From an uncultured delta proteobacterium (GTDB taxonomy: Bacteria; Myxococcota; Myxococcia; SLRQ01), in the NCBI GenBank assembly GCA_963727485.1, contig CAVSGM010000002.1, positions 1,120,001-1,184,000 of the forward strand: a stretch of DNA of 64,000 nt, read 5' to 3'. Positions 10,033 to 23,881 of the stretch are shown here, piece by piece. The notes beneath the pieces are model-generated. The model was not told the origin of the DNA. It did no database searches and saw nothing but the letters and a program-made list of their open reading frames with translations. A program made the position numbers and the translations under genes. Positions within the stretch are counted from its first letter, which is position 1. Each line of letters starts with the position of its first letter.

Positions 10033-11853
10033 CTACCTCGGTGGGACCTGGACCCACCGGGCGCCCCGGAAGCGGCAGGCCGTCCGCCCCGAGGCCAGGC
10101 GCCGGAGGCTCCCCGCGAAGTCCCGGTAGACGGCGCTGGTCCGCCCGTCGTGGCAGGGCAGGCAGGCGCCGACCCGGAGCACCTTCCACTGCTCGGTGGC
10201 GTCGAGGCTCCGGGCCCCGACCCGGGTCCCCTGGCCGGGCACCTTCGGGTAGACGGTGGTCCACCCGTCGCCGGCGATGCCGCCGGCCGCCGGGGCGTCG
10301 GGGACGAAGCGCACCCCCCGGGCGTCGAGGGTGAGCCGGCCGGTCCCCAGGCCCAGGGCCCAGGCCGACCGGTGGCAGCCGGCGCAGGGGCGGCCGGCGC
10401 CCTGGGTGGTGTGGGGGTCGAGGGGCGCGAAGCGGCGCACCCGGCGCTTCGGGCCCCCGGCGGCCCGGGCGTCGAGGTCCAGGATCATCCCCGGGACCAT
10501 GGGCACGATCCGCCCGGCGGCGTCGACGCCGAGGACCGGGGGCGCGGTGTCGAAGCCCCGGTCGTGCTCCTCCCAGGCGCCGGGCGCGGGCCCACCGGCG
10601 GCGAAGTCCCACTGGCGGCCCTTCGGGTCGTAGCCGGTGTGGCAGGTGGTGCAGGTGGGCGCCCAGGTGGCGTGGCAGGTCACGCAGGCGAGGCGCTGGT
10701 GGCCCGCCAGGGTGTGGGCCGCGTCGCCCGGGGTCGCCGGCGAGGGCAGCGGCGCGCCCCCGGCCTTGGGCCAGAGGACCCAGGGGGCGCCGCCGGCGGT
10801 CCCCGCCGGACGCAGGTTCCACACCGGCGTCCCCCGGCGCCCGGTCCGCACCGCCTCGCCGGCCGGCCGGGTCTGCCCCCGGAGCCGGAGGATCGCCCGG
10901 GTCACCGGGTCCTGCACCGTGGCCCAGGTGGTCGTCGTGGGCGTCCCCGCCTTGGGGTGGCAGGCGGTGCAGGTGAGCTCCACCTGGGCCTGCTCGTGGG
11001 CGTAGCGCGTCCCGTCGCCCATCAGCTCGGTGTGGAGGTGGCAGTCGACACACTGCATCCCCGCCCGCTGGTGGACGTCGGCGGGGCGGCGGCAGGCGAC
11101 GCGGCCGTCCGGGAGGGTCACCCGGGCGGTGCAGGCGGCGAGGGCGGGGCCCTTCACCTCGGCGAGGCCCTGGTAGGAGAGGCTGATGCGCCCGCTGCGG
11201 CTGTGGCAGCCCAGGCAGCGGTCGCTGGGGATCCGGCTGTCCACGGTGGGGTGGTGGCCCGGGCGGGCGGGTCCGGCGTGGCAGGCGGCGCAGCCGCTCC
11301 CGCCGTCGACCGCGTCGTCGCGGTTCTCCCGGGTGGCCGAGAGGTGGCAGCCGGCGCACAGCCTCCGCAGGTGGTCCTCGGCGGGGCTGGGGTGGCGCCT
11401 GGCCAGGAGCGCCGGGAGGGTCTCCTGGGTGTCCGGGGTCTTCAGCTCCCCGAACACGAAGCGATCGACGCCGATGATCCCCCGGCCGGCGGTCATCAGG
11501 GTGGTGGCCACCGTCGCCGCCTCGCCAGGGTGGCAGCCGGCCTGGCCGCAGGTGCGGGAGACGGTCCGCAGGGCCCCGGGCTCGGGCTCCATCCCCGCGT
11601 GGGCCCGGGCCTTGGTGAAGGCCAGGGGGTCGCCGAGGTGGCAGCTCGAGCACCCCAGGGCCACCGCCGCGTGGGCGCCGCCGGGGTCGTCCTGCGAGCG
11701 GTCGTGGCACAGGAGGCAGCGCTCCACCCGGCCCCGGGCCGTCGCGGACCCGGCGCCCACCTCGGCGGCCCGGTGGTGCTCCCGGAGCACCGCCACCGTG
11801 ACGGCGACCCCCAGGGCGACGGCGACCGCCGCCAGGATGCGAGCCCGGTGCAT
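10033..11853 (-). CDS. Multiheme cytochrome c (11 CxxCH plus one CX4CH), N-terminally anchored
   Basis: CLLCH, CSSCH, CGQAGCH, CAGCH, CAACH, CLGCH, CVDCH, CTACH, CVTCH, CTTCH, CAGCH, CLPCH; N-terminal hydrophobic helix. Confidence 0.92.
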   Translation of the reverse strand: MHRARILAAVAVALGVAVTVAVLREHHRAAEVGAGSATARGRVERCLLCHDRSQDDPGGAHAAVALGCSSCHLGDPLAFTKARAHAGMEPEPGALRTVSRTCGQAGCHPGEAATVATTLMTAGRGIIGVDRFVFGELKTPDTQETLPALLARRHPSPAEDHLRRLCAGCHLSATRENRDDAVDGGSGCAACHAGPARPGHHPTVDSRIPSDRCLGCHSRSGRISLSYQGLAEVKGPALAACTARVTLPDGRVACRRPADVHQRAGMQCVDCHLHTELMGDGTRYAHEQAQVELTCTACHPKAGTPTTTTWATVQDPVTRAILRLRGQTRPAGEAVRTGRRGTPVWNLRPAGTAGGAPWVLWPKAGGAPLPSPATPGDAAHTLAGHQRLACVTCHATWAPTCTTCHTGYDPKGRQWDFAAGGPAPGAWEEHDRGFDTAPPVLGVDAAGRIVPMVPGMILDLDARAAGGPKRRVRRFAPLDPHTTQGAGRPCAGCHRSAWALGLGTGRLTLDARGVRFVPDAPAAGGIAGDGWTTVYPKVPGQGTRVGARSLDATEQWKVLRVGACLPCHDGRTSAVYRDFAGSLRRLASGRTACRFRGARWVQVPPR

Positions 11854-12725
11854 CAGCCCTTCGTAGCCAGGAGCAGGGCAAAGGTGAAGCCGGTCCAGGC
11901 GACCAGGCTCGCCGAGAGGACGGTGAGGGCCCCGCGCCGGGCCCGGCCCTCGAGGTGGCGCGCCGCCCCCAGCGCCCCGAGCGCCACCCCCGGGAGGACC
12001 CACGCCGCCGCCCGCGGGAGCCAGAGGAGCGCCCCCTGGAGGCCCATCAGGTACCAGGGCCCGAGGAGGAGGCCCTGGGCCGGGGCGGTGGCGGGCCCGA
12101 GCGGCAGGGGCACCACCGCGGCGAGGAGGAGCACCGCGGTGGCGCCGAGGACGGTGGCCACGGTGTCGGGCCACACCCGGCGGCCGTGCTCGATGGCGCC
12201 GATCCAGAGGAGCACGGTGAAGGTCCCGGCGTGGTGGGCGAGGACGGTGCCGAGGTCGCCGGGGCGGGCCCCGAGGAGGAGCCGGGCCAGGAGCCCGCCG
12301 GCCAGGGGCAGGTCGTGGAGCAGGCCGCGCCAGACCTGGTGGGCGGCGACGGCGTCGGCGTCGCCCCGGAGGACGAAGCCCCCGAGGAGGGCGCCGAGGA
12401 GCACCGGAAAGAGGAGCACCGAGCGCCACCAGACCCCGGGCTTCAGGCGCCGCTCCAGGCGGTACCACAGGGACTCGGCGACGTGGGCGCCGGTGGCCAG
12501 GAGGAGCAGGAGCCCGGCGTAGCCGTGGATCGCCCGGAGGAGCCAGGCGTAGGGGACGCCGGCCTCGAGGGCCTCCACGTCGGCGAGGGCGTGACCGGGG
12601 CTGTAGAAGGCGGCGACGGCGACGCCGCTGGCGACCTCCACGGCCAGGAGTCCGAGGGCGAGGCGCCCGAAGATCCGGGGGCGGGGGCGCGGGCCGGCCC
12701 GGGCGCCGGGGGCGCCCTCAGCCAT
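11853..12725 (-). CDS. Cytochrome b (b/b6 family)
   Basis: Heme-ligating His pairs in [20 protein letters not shown] and [24 protein letters not shown] at the PEWY-equivalent position. Confidence 0.85.
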   Translation of the reverse strand: MAEGAPGARAGPRPRPRIFGRLALGLLAVEVASGVAVAAFYSPGHALADVEALEAGVPYAWLLRAIHGYAGLLLLLATGAHVAESLWYRLERRLKPGVWWRSVLLFPVLLGALLGGFVLRGDADAVAAHQVWRGLLHDLPLAGGLLARLLLGARPGDLGTVLAHHAGTFTVLLWIGAIEHGRRVWPDTVATVLGATAVLLLAAVVPLPLGPATAPAQGLLLGPWYLMGLQGALLWLPRAAAWVLPGVALGALGAARHLEGRARRGALTVLSASLVAWTGFTFALLLATKG

Positions 12726-13188
12726 CGGCGGCTCCGCCCACCTCGACGACCCACCGGTCGCCCCGCCGCCGGGCCTTCAGACGCGGGAGGGGGCGCGTCG
12801 CCGGGCCGGCGACGGGGCGGCCGGTGTCGTCGTAGCGGCTGCCGTGGCAGTGGCAGGCGAAGCCACGCTCGGTGCGGGAGACCGGGCACCCGAGGTGGGT
12901 GCACGTGAGGCGCAGGACCTCGGGGCCGGCGGCGCCGGCGCGGACGAAGAGGTCACCGACGACGACGCCCCCGGCGGCCCGGGCGCGGCCGAGGAGCGCC
13001 GCGTCGAGGGTCACCTCCCGGCCGGGCGGCGAGAGGGCGGCGAGGGCCCGGAGGACCGGGAGGCCGGCGGCCAGGGCCACGGCGCCGCCGCCGACCCGCC
13101 AGGCACCGGCGAGGAGCCGGCGGCGGGTGGTGCGCCTCGCCAGGAGGGCGCGGAGGGGATGGGTCGCGGGGGAGTCGGGGCTCGCCAT
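12718..13188 (-). CDS. Rieske [2Fe-2S] protein, Tat-exported
   Basis: TTRRRLL twin-arginine motif; CTHLGC and CHCHGSRY boxes; AGGAGG RBS. Confidence 0.92.
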   Translation of the reverse strand: MASPDSPATHPLRALLARRTTRRRLLAGAWRVGGGAVALAAGLPVLRALAALSPPGREVTLDAALLGRARAAGGVVVGDLFVRAGAAGPEVLRLTCTHLGCPVSRTERGFACHCHGSRYDDTGRPVAGPATRPLPRLKARRRGDRWVVEVGGAADG

Positions 13189-13212
13189 GGGCGCCTCCTG
13201 CTCCTGATTCAA

Positions 13213-13228
13213 AGCAAGGGGCGCGCCA
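13213..13228 (-). promoter_or_regulatory. Sigma-54 (-24/-12) promoter of the Rieske/cytochrome b/cytochrome c operon
   Basis: Minus strand reads TGGCGCGCCCCTTGCT, matching TGGCACG-N4-TTGC(A/T) with one mismatch, about 25 bp upstream of the Rieske ATG. Confidence 0.8.
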
Positions 13229-13240
13229 GGACTGCGCGCC

Positions 13241-13645
13241 CTAGTCCGGGAGCGGCGGCGCGGTCTCGCCGGCGACCATCCGGGGCACCGCCTCGCGGAT
13301 CCAGTGGAGGTCCCAGGGCTTGGGCACGTAGGCCCACAGCAGGCCCTCCTCGAGGGCCCCGGTGAGCGCCTCGTCGAGGACGCCGCCGGAGAGGATGAGC
13401 ACCGGCAGGTCCGGGTGCCGATCCCGGAGCCGCCGGGCCAGCTCCACCCCCCCCACGTGGGGCATCATGTAGTCGAGGATGGCCCCGTCGGGGACCTCGC
13501 CGGCGGCGTCGAGGCGGCCGAGGGCCTCGTCGGCGCCGCCGGCCTCGATCACCTGGAAGCCCAGGTGCTTGAGGATCCGCCGCAGGGCCGAGCGGATGGC
13601 TGGCTCGTCGTCGACGATGAGGATCATGGGGTTCTCGGCGCTCAC
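13241..13645 (-). CDS. Single-domain response regulator (receiver)
   Basis: ILIVDDE, ILDYMMP (phospho-acceptor Asp), ILSG and PKPW motifs. Confidence 0.9.
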   Translation of the reverse strand: MSAENPMILIVDDEPAIRSALRRILKHLGFQVIEAGGADEALGRLDAAGEVPDGAILDYMMPHVGGVELARRLRDRHPDLPVLILSGGVLDEALTGALEEGLLWAYVPKPWDLHWIREAVPRMVAGETAPPLPD

Positions 13646-13745
13646 GGCGCGCCCCTTCCGATGCCGCCCGAGGGCCTCCCCGGGGGCGTCATCCCTCCCA
13701 TCGGTCGGGGGGCCGGAGCCTTGAGGGGCGCCGTGCGTTTCTCCC

Positions 13746-14588
13746 TCATGCCGGGGCGACCTCGGCGATCCCGTGGCGGAGGACCACCTCGTCCCGGTCG
13801 GCGTCGACCACCTCGAAGCGGGCCTCGCCGGCGCCCAGCGCCCACACCCGGGTCACCAGGGTGTCCCCGGGGAAGACCACCCCGGAGAAGCGGGCGGAGA
13901 GGGCCTTCAGGCGCGCCGGGTCGTCGCCGGCGACGGCGCGGAGGACGGCGCGGCCGGCGAAGCCGTAGGTGCACAGCCCGTGGAGGATGGGTCGCTCGAA
14001 GCCGGCGAAGCGGGCGAAGGCCGGGTCGGCGTGGAGGGGGTTGCGGTCCCCGAGGAGGCGGTAGAGGAGGGCCTGCTGGGGGAGGGTCCGCCAGGAGATC
14101 TCGGCGTCGGGGGCCCGGTCCGGCGGCTCGGGGGGCTCGGTCTTCGGGCCCCGCTCGCCGCCAAAGCCCCCCTCGCCCCGGAAGAAGGCGGTGAAGGTGT
14201 TGGAGAAGAGCGGGCCCTTGGCGTCGCTGCTCTCGGCCTCGACCACCACCGTGGCGCCCTTGCCCTTGTCCCAGATGGCGGCGACCTTCGACCGGGTGGT
14301 CACGGTGCCCTCGGCGGGGATGGGGCGGTGGAGGCGGATGGCGTGCTCCCCATGGAGGAGCTTCGAGAGGTCGGACTCGACCACGTTGGCCACCCCGAGG
14401 ACGGCATTGAGGCCCGGGACCACCGCGAAGGTGGGCAGGACCTTCTGGCCGTTCTCGTAGCAGTACTTCAGGTCCTCGGGGGCGCCGCCGGCGCCCACCG
14501 CGAGGGCGTAGAGGATGGCGTCCCGGGCGGTCCAGGTGTGGGGGACCTCGGGGAGCTCGGTGCCGACCTTGGCGGGGTCGAGGGGCAT
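13746..14588 (-). CDS. MaoC-type (R)-enoyl-CoA hydratase, double hot-dog (hydratase-2-like)
   Basis: [18 protein letters not shown] and YRLLGDRNPLHADPAFARFAGFERPILHGLCTYG hydratase-2 motif. Confidence 0.92.
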   Translation of the reverse strand: MPLDPAKVGTELPEVPHTWTARDAILYALAVGAGGAPEDLKYCYENGQKVLPTFAVVPGLNAVLGVANVVESDLSKLLHGEHAIRLHRPIPAEGTVTTRSKVAAIWDKGKGATVVVEAESSDAKGPLFSNTFTAFFRGEGGFGGERGPKTEPPEPPDRAPDAEISWRTLPQQALLYRLLGDRNPLHADPAFARFAGFERPILHGLCTYGFAGRAVLRAVAGDDPARLKALSARFSGVVFPGDTLVTRVWALGAGEARFEVVDADRDEVVLRHGIAEVAPA

Positions 14589-14641
14589 GACAGGCCTCCG
14601 GGCGGGGGGTCTCTGGGTACCACTTCCGGGCGCCCGGGCAA

Positions 14642-14683
14642 ATCTACTCACGAGTTGACAGGTATCTACTCGGGAGTAGATAC
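14642..14683. promoter_or_regulatory. TetR operator palindrome(s) overlapping a sigma-70-like promoter
   Basis: Perfect GTATCTACTC-GG-GAGTAGATAC (14662-14683), a degenerate copy ATCTACTC-AC-GAGTTGAC (14642-14659) and TTGACA at 14655-14660, all between divergent maoC-like and tetR genes. Confidence 0.75.
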
Positions 14684-14691
14684 TCCCGCCC

Positions 14692-15320
14692 ATGGCACGG
14701 CCACGCACCGGCGTCGACGACATCGCCACCCGGGAGCGCCTCCTCGCGGCGGCGGAGCTCGCCTTCGGCGCGGAGGGGTTCCACGGGGCCCGCCTCGAGG
14801 ACATCGCCCAGGCCGCGGGGATCCGCCGGCCCTCGCTGCTCTACCACTTCAAGACCAAGGAGGCCCTCTACGCGGCGGTGGTCCGCCGGGCCTTCTCCCA
14901 CCTCGGCGCCGCCCTCACCTCGGCGATGGGCACCCCCGGCGCCTTCCTCGACCAGGCGGACCGGATGGTGGTGGCCTTCGACGTCTTCCTCGCCGAGCAC
15001 CCGGGGGTGGCGCCGATCATCCTCCGGGAGCTGATGGAGGGCCGGGGGCCCGGGCAGCAAATCCTCCTCGACGAGGTGCTGCCGCTGCTGGCCGCCACCG
15101 AGACCTTCGTCCGCACCCAGGGCCAGGTGGCCCCCGGGGTGCCGGTGCGCGCCGCCCTGGTCCAGATCACCAGCGCCATGATCCTCGCCGCCGCCGCCGG
15201 CGAGCGCACCTCCGCCCTCTTCGGCGACCCGGTGCAGGACACCAAGCTGCTCGTCCGCACGCTCTTTCTCTCTTCGGCCCCGAAGCGGGCCGCGGGGGCC
15301 ACCGGCCCCGAGGAGGCTGC

Positions 15321-15324
<4 letters not shown>
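14692..15324 (+). CDS. TetR/AcrR family regulator
   Basis: GFHGARLEDIAQAAGIRRPSLLYHFKTKEALY HTH. Confidence 0.93.
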
Positions 15325-16481
<1,157 letters not shown>

Positions 16482-16515
16482 GCCGGCGGCCGCGGGGGGT
16501 ACCGGCGGGGCGGGC

Positions 16516-19696
<3,181 letters not shown>

Positions 19697-19953
19697 GCTG
19701 TGAGTCCTCCTGGGTGGGGAGGCGAATGAAGCCCGCCCATGCACCCGGGGATGTGCGGCGGCCGATGAATCAGGCGCCGCGCTGCGAGGTCGCGTACTGG
19801 AAGCCCCGGAACCCGCGATGGAACCTTCTTGAAACTACGGTCCCGGGGTCGAGTGTCGAGGGGCCCCCGTCACCGGGGAGTGCCCGCTTGGCACGTCGAG
19901 ATCGTCCCTATCAGCAAACCGGTGGGGGCGCAACACATTCCCCCTGCCCGGGC

Positions 19954-20589
19954 TTAGGCCCCGAGGGTCTCGGCCATCTCCTGCCACTCGTCCCAGGCCT
20001 GGCCGACGGCGGCCACCGAGGGCCGGCGCTCGAGGCGCTGGCGGTAGGCGCTGGCCTTGGGGAGCCCGGCGAGGGCCTCCTGGAGGCCGAGCTCGTCGAT
20101 GAGGCCCACCACGAAGGGCGCCAGCGCCGCGTCGCCGAGGGTGAAGGTGTCGCCGGCGGCGAAGGGGGTGTCGGCGTCCAGGGCCTCCTCGAAGAGGGCC
20201 AGGGCGTCGGCGACCTCGGCGTCGAGATCGTCGCCGACGGCCTCGCCCTCGTGGCGCACCAGGTAGAGATCCTCGAGGGCTGGCCCCAGGATCTCGTCCA
20301 CGAAGGCCACCCACATCCGCGCCCCGGCCCGGTCCGCGGGCTCCAGGGGCAACAGGTGGCGGTCGGGGTAGGCCTCCTCCAGGTACTCGTTGATCACCGT
20401 GGCCCCACGGATGATGTGGTCGCGGTCGGTGAGCACCGGGAGGCGGCCGGTGGGGTCGAGGGCGAGGAACCAGTCCTCGTACTCCTGGCCGGGGAGGACG
20501 ATGTGGCGCTCGAAGGCGAGGCCCTTCTCGGCGAGCGCGACCCGGACCTTCTGGCACCAGGGGGAGCGCGGAAGGTCGTAGAGGCGCAT
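19954..20589 (-). CDS. Glutathione S-transferase family protein
   Basis: [34 protein letters not shown] and FTLGDAAL motifs. Confidence 0.9.
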   Translation of the reverse strand: MRLYDLPRSPWCQKVRVALAEKGLAFERHIVLPGQEYEDWFLALDPTGRLPVLTDRDHIIRGATVINEYLEEAYPDRHLLPLEPADRAGARMWVAFVDEILGPALEDLYLVRHEGEAVGDDLDAEVADALALFEEALDADTPFAAGDTFTLGDAALAPFVVGLIDELGLQEALAGLPKASAYRQRLERRPSVAAVGQAWDEWQEMAETLGA

Positions 20590-20720
20590 GCCGCCGATCT
20601 ACCCTCGCCGGCCCGCCGCTGCAAGCGTCGCCCCCCGGGGACGGTGCCCCAGGGGCGGGAAAATGTTTGGAGGGCGCTTCCGCTTCGTCTACAAAGGCCG
20701 GGGAGCCTGCCTTGCGCTTG

Positions 20721-21821
20721 ATGATCGCCAGTTTCGCCCTCCTCGCCGCCGTCACCTCGATCGTCGCCTACGGGCCCCGGTTCGGGTCCCCGCCCGTCGC
20801 CGCCTCCGCCGTGGCCACCGCCGCCCCGGCGAAGGCACCGGCGAAGGCCGTGGCGCCAGACGCCGCCAAGGCGCCCGCCCAGGCGAAGCCCGCCCCGGCC
20901 GTCGCCGCCCGCACCAAGGCCCCCGCAGAGGCCGCGCCCGCCCGGGCCGCCGCCGCCCGGGCCCGCGACGCCCTGGCCACCGCCCGCACCCGCCCCACCG
21001 TGGGCATGGGCCAGATCATCCCCGGCACCGATGGCCTGCGCTACTTCGGCGGGCCGATCCACGGCTCCCTCTACGGCACCCTCGAGCGCCACCTCGACCA
21101 CGACGTCGCCGACCCCCTCACCTCGGTGGTCAAGCGCCTCCTGGTGTGGTGGGTGAACCCGAGGCGGGACATCCAGGCCGGCGACCGCCTGGAGATCCTC
21201 TTCAGCGTCCCCGAGGGCCAGGAGCCCGTCGTCCACGCCCTGACCTACACCTCGGCCAAGGCCGGCCGCACCTTCCACGCCTGGCTGTGGAAGGCCCCAG
21301 GCGCGCGCTTCCCCCACTACTTCGACGACAGCGGCGTCGAGGTGGCGAAGCGCCTGGTCCACTCACCGGTCGACGGCTACGAGCAGATCACCGCGCTGCT
21401 CGGCGACGGGCGGCACCACCGGGGCGTCGACTTCAAGACCCCGGTGGGCACCTCGGTCCATGCCCCCTGGTCCGGCGTGGTGCGCCGGGTCGACTGGCGC
21501 CGGCGCCTCAACGGCAACTGCGTGGACGTCCACTTCGCCAACGGGGCCGACGCCTACTTCCTCCACCTCTCGAAGGTGGCCAAGGGGCTGCGGCCCGGGG
21601 AGCGGGTGAAGGCCGGGCAGGTGCTGGCGTTCACCGGCGACACCGGGCACTCCTTCGCCCCGCACCTCCACTACCAGCTGATGCACGGGGGCCGGGTGCT
21701 CAACCCCATGACCTTCCAGAAGACCTACCGGGCCAAGGTGCCGGCGAAGGCCCGGAAGGACTTCGAGCAGGCGAAGAAGCACCTCGAGGGCATCCTCGCC
21801 GCCCAGCGCCACGTCGCCTGA
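20721..21821 (+). CDS. M23 family peptidoglycan metalloendopeptidase
   Basis: HRGVDF (HxxxD) and PHLHY (HxH) zinc ligands; N-terminal membrane anchor and Ala/Pro linker. Confidence 0.92.
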   Translation: MIASFALLAAVTSIVAYGPRFGSPPVAASAVATAAPAKAPAKAVAPDAAKAPAQAKPAPAVAARTKAPAEAAPARAAAARARDALATARTRPTVGMGQIIPGTDGLRYFGGPIHGSLYGTLERHLDHDVADPLTSVVKRLLVWWVNPRRDIQAGDRLEILFSVPEGQEPVVHALTYTSAKAGRTFHAWLWKAPGARFPHYFDDSGVEVAKRLVHSPVDGYEQITALLGDGRHHRGVDFKTPVGTSVHAPWSGVVRRVDWRRRLNGNCVDVHFANGADAYFLHLSKVAKGLRPGERVKAGQVLAFTGDTGHSFAPHLHYQLMHGGRVLNPMTFQKTYRAKVPAKARKDFEQAKKHLEGILAAQRHVA

Positions 21822-21881
21822 CGCGGGGGCCACCGCCCGCCACCGCCCCCGCCGCCGCCCGCGCCGCCGCCCGCGCCGCCG

Positions 21882-22631
21882 TCACCCGACCCGGGTGACC
21901 ACCTGGTCGTAGACCGCCCGGGGGAGCATCCGCGCCAGCTTCACCGCCGTCACCAGGGGCCAGGGGAAGCCGCGCACCGCCCTCTGGCGGTCGATGGCGT
22001 GGAGGATGTCGTCCACCGCGGCGTCGAGGTCCATGAGAAACGGCATGGGCCGGGGGTTCCCCTCGGTGAGCTCGGTCTTCACGAAGCCCGGCTCGATGGT
22101 GGTCACCTTCACCCCGGTGCGCTTGAGGTCCACCCGGAGGGTCTCGAGGTAGGTGGCCAGCGCCGCCTTGGACGCCGAGTAGGCCGCGGTGCCCGGGAGC
22201 CCCCGGGCGCCGGCGAGGCTCCCGATGCCCACCAGGTGACCGCGGTCGCGCTCGACCATCGCCGGGAGCACCGCGGTGAGGGTGGCGAAGGCCCCAAGGA
22301 CGTTGATCCGGAGCACCGGCTCCACCTGCTTCTCCCAGGTGAGCCTGGTGGCCCGCTTGTTCCCGCCGATGCCGGCGTTGGCGACGATGAGGTCGAGGCC
22401 CCCGCACTCGCCGTCGATCCGGCGCAGGGTCTCGACCACCTTGGCGGTGTCGGCGACGTCGAGGACCACCGGGACCACCTCCCCGGGGCCGCACTCGGCG
22501 GCGAGCTGCTCGAGGCGATCCTTGCGGCGCGCGGCGGCGTAGACCCGGGTGCCCCGGGCGGAGAGGCGGCGGACGAGGCCGGCCCCGAGCCCGCTCGACG
22601 CGCCGGTGATCAAGGCGTTGCGGTAGTCCAT
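21882..22631 (-). CDS. Short-chain dehydrogenase/reductase
   Basis: TGASSGLG, ANAGI and YSASK motifs. Confidence 0.93.
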   Translation of the reverse strand: MDYRNALITGASSGLGAGLVRRLSARGTRVYAAARRKDRLEQLAAECGPGEVVPVVLDVADTAKVVETLRRIDGECGGLDLIVANAGIGGNKRATRLTWEKQVEPVLRINVLGAFATLTAVLPAMVERDRGHLVGIGSLAGARGLPGTAAYSASKAALATYLETLRVDLKRTGVKVTTIEPGFVKTELTEGNPRPMPFLMDLDAAVDDILHAIDRQRAVRGFPWPLVTAVKLARMLPRAVYDQVVTRVG

Positions 22632-22738
22632 GGCCCCAAGGTGGCACGCCCCGGGGTGGAAGGGAACGCCGGCGCGCGGGCCGGGGGCGGCGCGGCACGC
22701 GAGGTGCGGCGGGGGCCCGCCGGATCCATGATCGGGGC

Positions 22739-23881
22739 ATGGCGGCCCCGAAGCAGGATCTCGTGACCGGCGTGCCCACGAGGTGGTGGCGCCCCCTCGA
22801 CGACGGCCGCAGCGAGTGCACCGTGTGCCCGCGGCGCTGCCGGCTGCGGCCGAACCAGCGGGGGATGTGCTTCGTCCGGGGCCGGGGCGCGGGCCCCGAG
22901 GTGCTGCTGACCACCTATGGGCGCTCCAGCGGGTTCTGCGTCGACCCCATCGAGAAGAAGCCGCTGGCCCACTTCCTCCCGGGGACGCCGGTGCTCTCCT
23001 TCGGCACCGCCGGGTGCAACCTCGCCTGCAGGTTCTGCCAGAACTGGGACATCTCCAAGAGCCGGGAGCTGGACACCCTCATGGACGCGGCCACCCCCGA
23101 GGCCATCGCCGAGGCGGCGAAGCGCGCCGGGGCGAAGAGCGTCGCCTTCACCTACAACGACCCGGCGATCTTCCTGGAGTACGCCGTCGACACCGCGAAG
23201 GCCGCCCACGCGCTGGGCCTCAAGACCGTGGCGGTGAGCGCCGGGTACATCGAGCCGGGGCCCCGCGCCGAGCTCTACGCCCACCTGGACGCGGCGAACA
23301 TCGACCTCAAGGGCTTCACCGAGGCGTTCTACGAGAAGCTCTGCGCCGGGCAGCTGGCGCCGGTGCTGGACACCCTCGAGTACCTGGTCCACGAGACCGA
23401 GGTGTGGACCGAGATCACCACCCTCGTCATCCCCGGGTGGAACGACTCGGACGCCGAGCTCGCCGCCGAGTGCCGGTGGATAGGCGAGCGGCTCGGCCCC
23501 GAGGTGCCGCTCCACTTCTCGGCGTTCCACCCGGACTTCCGGATGCGGGACGTGCCGCCGACGCCGGTGTCCACCCTGCGCCGGGCCCGGGAGATCGCGC
23601 TCGCCGCCGGGCTTCGCTACGTCTACACCGGCAACGTCCACGACCCCGGGGGCGAGGTGACCGTGTGCCCCGGGTGCGGGGTGAAGGTCATCGAGCGCGA
23701 CTGGTACGCCATCACCGGCTGGCGCCTCGACGACGTCGGGCGCTGCGCCGCCTGCGGGACGCCGATCGCCGGGGTCTTCGCCGGGCCGCCGGGGGACTGG
23801 GGACGGCGGCGGCTGCCGGTGCGCCCGGGGGGCCCGGCGCCGCCCGCCGACGCTGAAGCCGGCTCGGCACCACCCGACTAG
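22739..23881 (+). CDS. amrS: AmmeMemoRadiSam system radical SAM enzyme
   Basis: CTVCPRRC...CFVR, DPIEKKPLAHFLPG, CNLACRFCQNWDIS and C-terminal CPGC/CAAC. Confidence 0.92.
   Translation: MAAPKQDLVTGVPTRWWRPLDDGRSECTVCPRRCRLRPNQRGMCFVRGRGAGPEVLLTTYGRSSGFCVDPIEKKPLAHFLPGTPVLSFGTAGCNLACRFCQNWDISKSRELDTLMDAATPEAIAEAAKRAGAKSVAFTYNDPAIFLEYAVDTAKAAHALGLKTVAVSAGYIEPGPRAELYAHLDAANIDLKGFTEAFYEKLCAGQLAPVLDTLEYLVHETEVWTEITTLVIPGWNDSDAELAAECRWIGERLGPEVPLHFSAFHPDFRMRDVPPTPVSTLRRAREIALAAGLRYVYTGNVHDPGGEVTVCPGCGVKVIERDWYAITGWRLDDVGRCAACGTPIAGVFAGPPGDWGRRRLPVRPGGPAPPADAEAGSAPPD

Noticed and set aside
22693..22707. CGGCACG-N4-GTGC as a sigma-54 promoter for amrS
   Set aside because: It has several mismatches to consensus in a very GC-rich context, so a chance match is likely.
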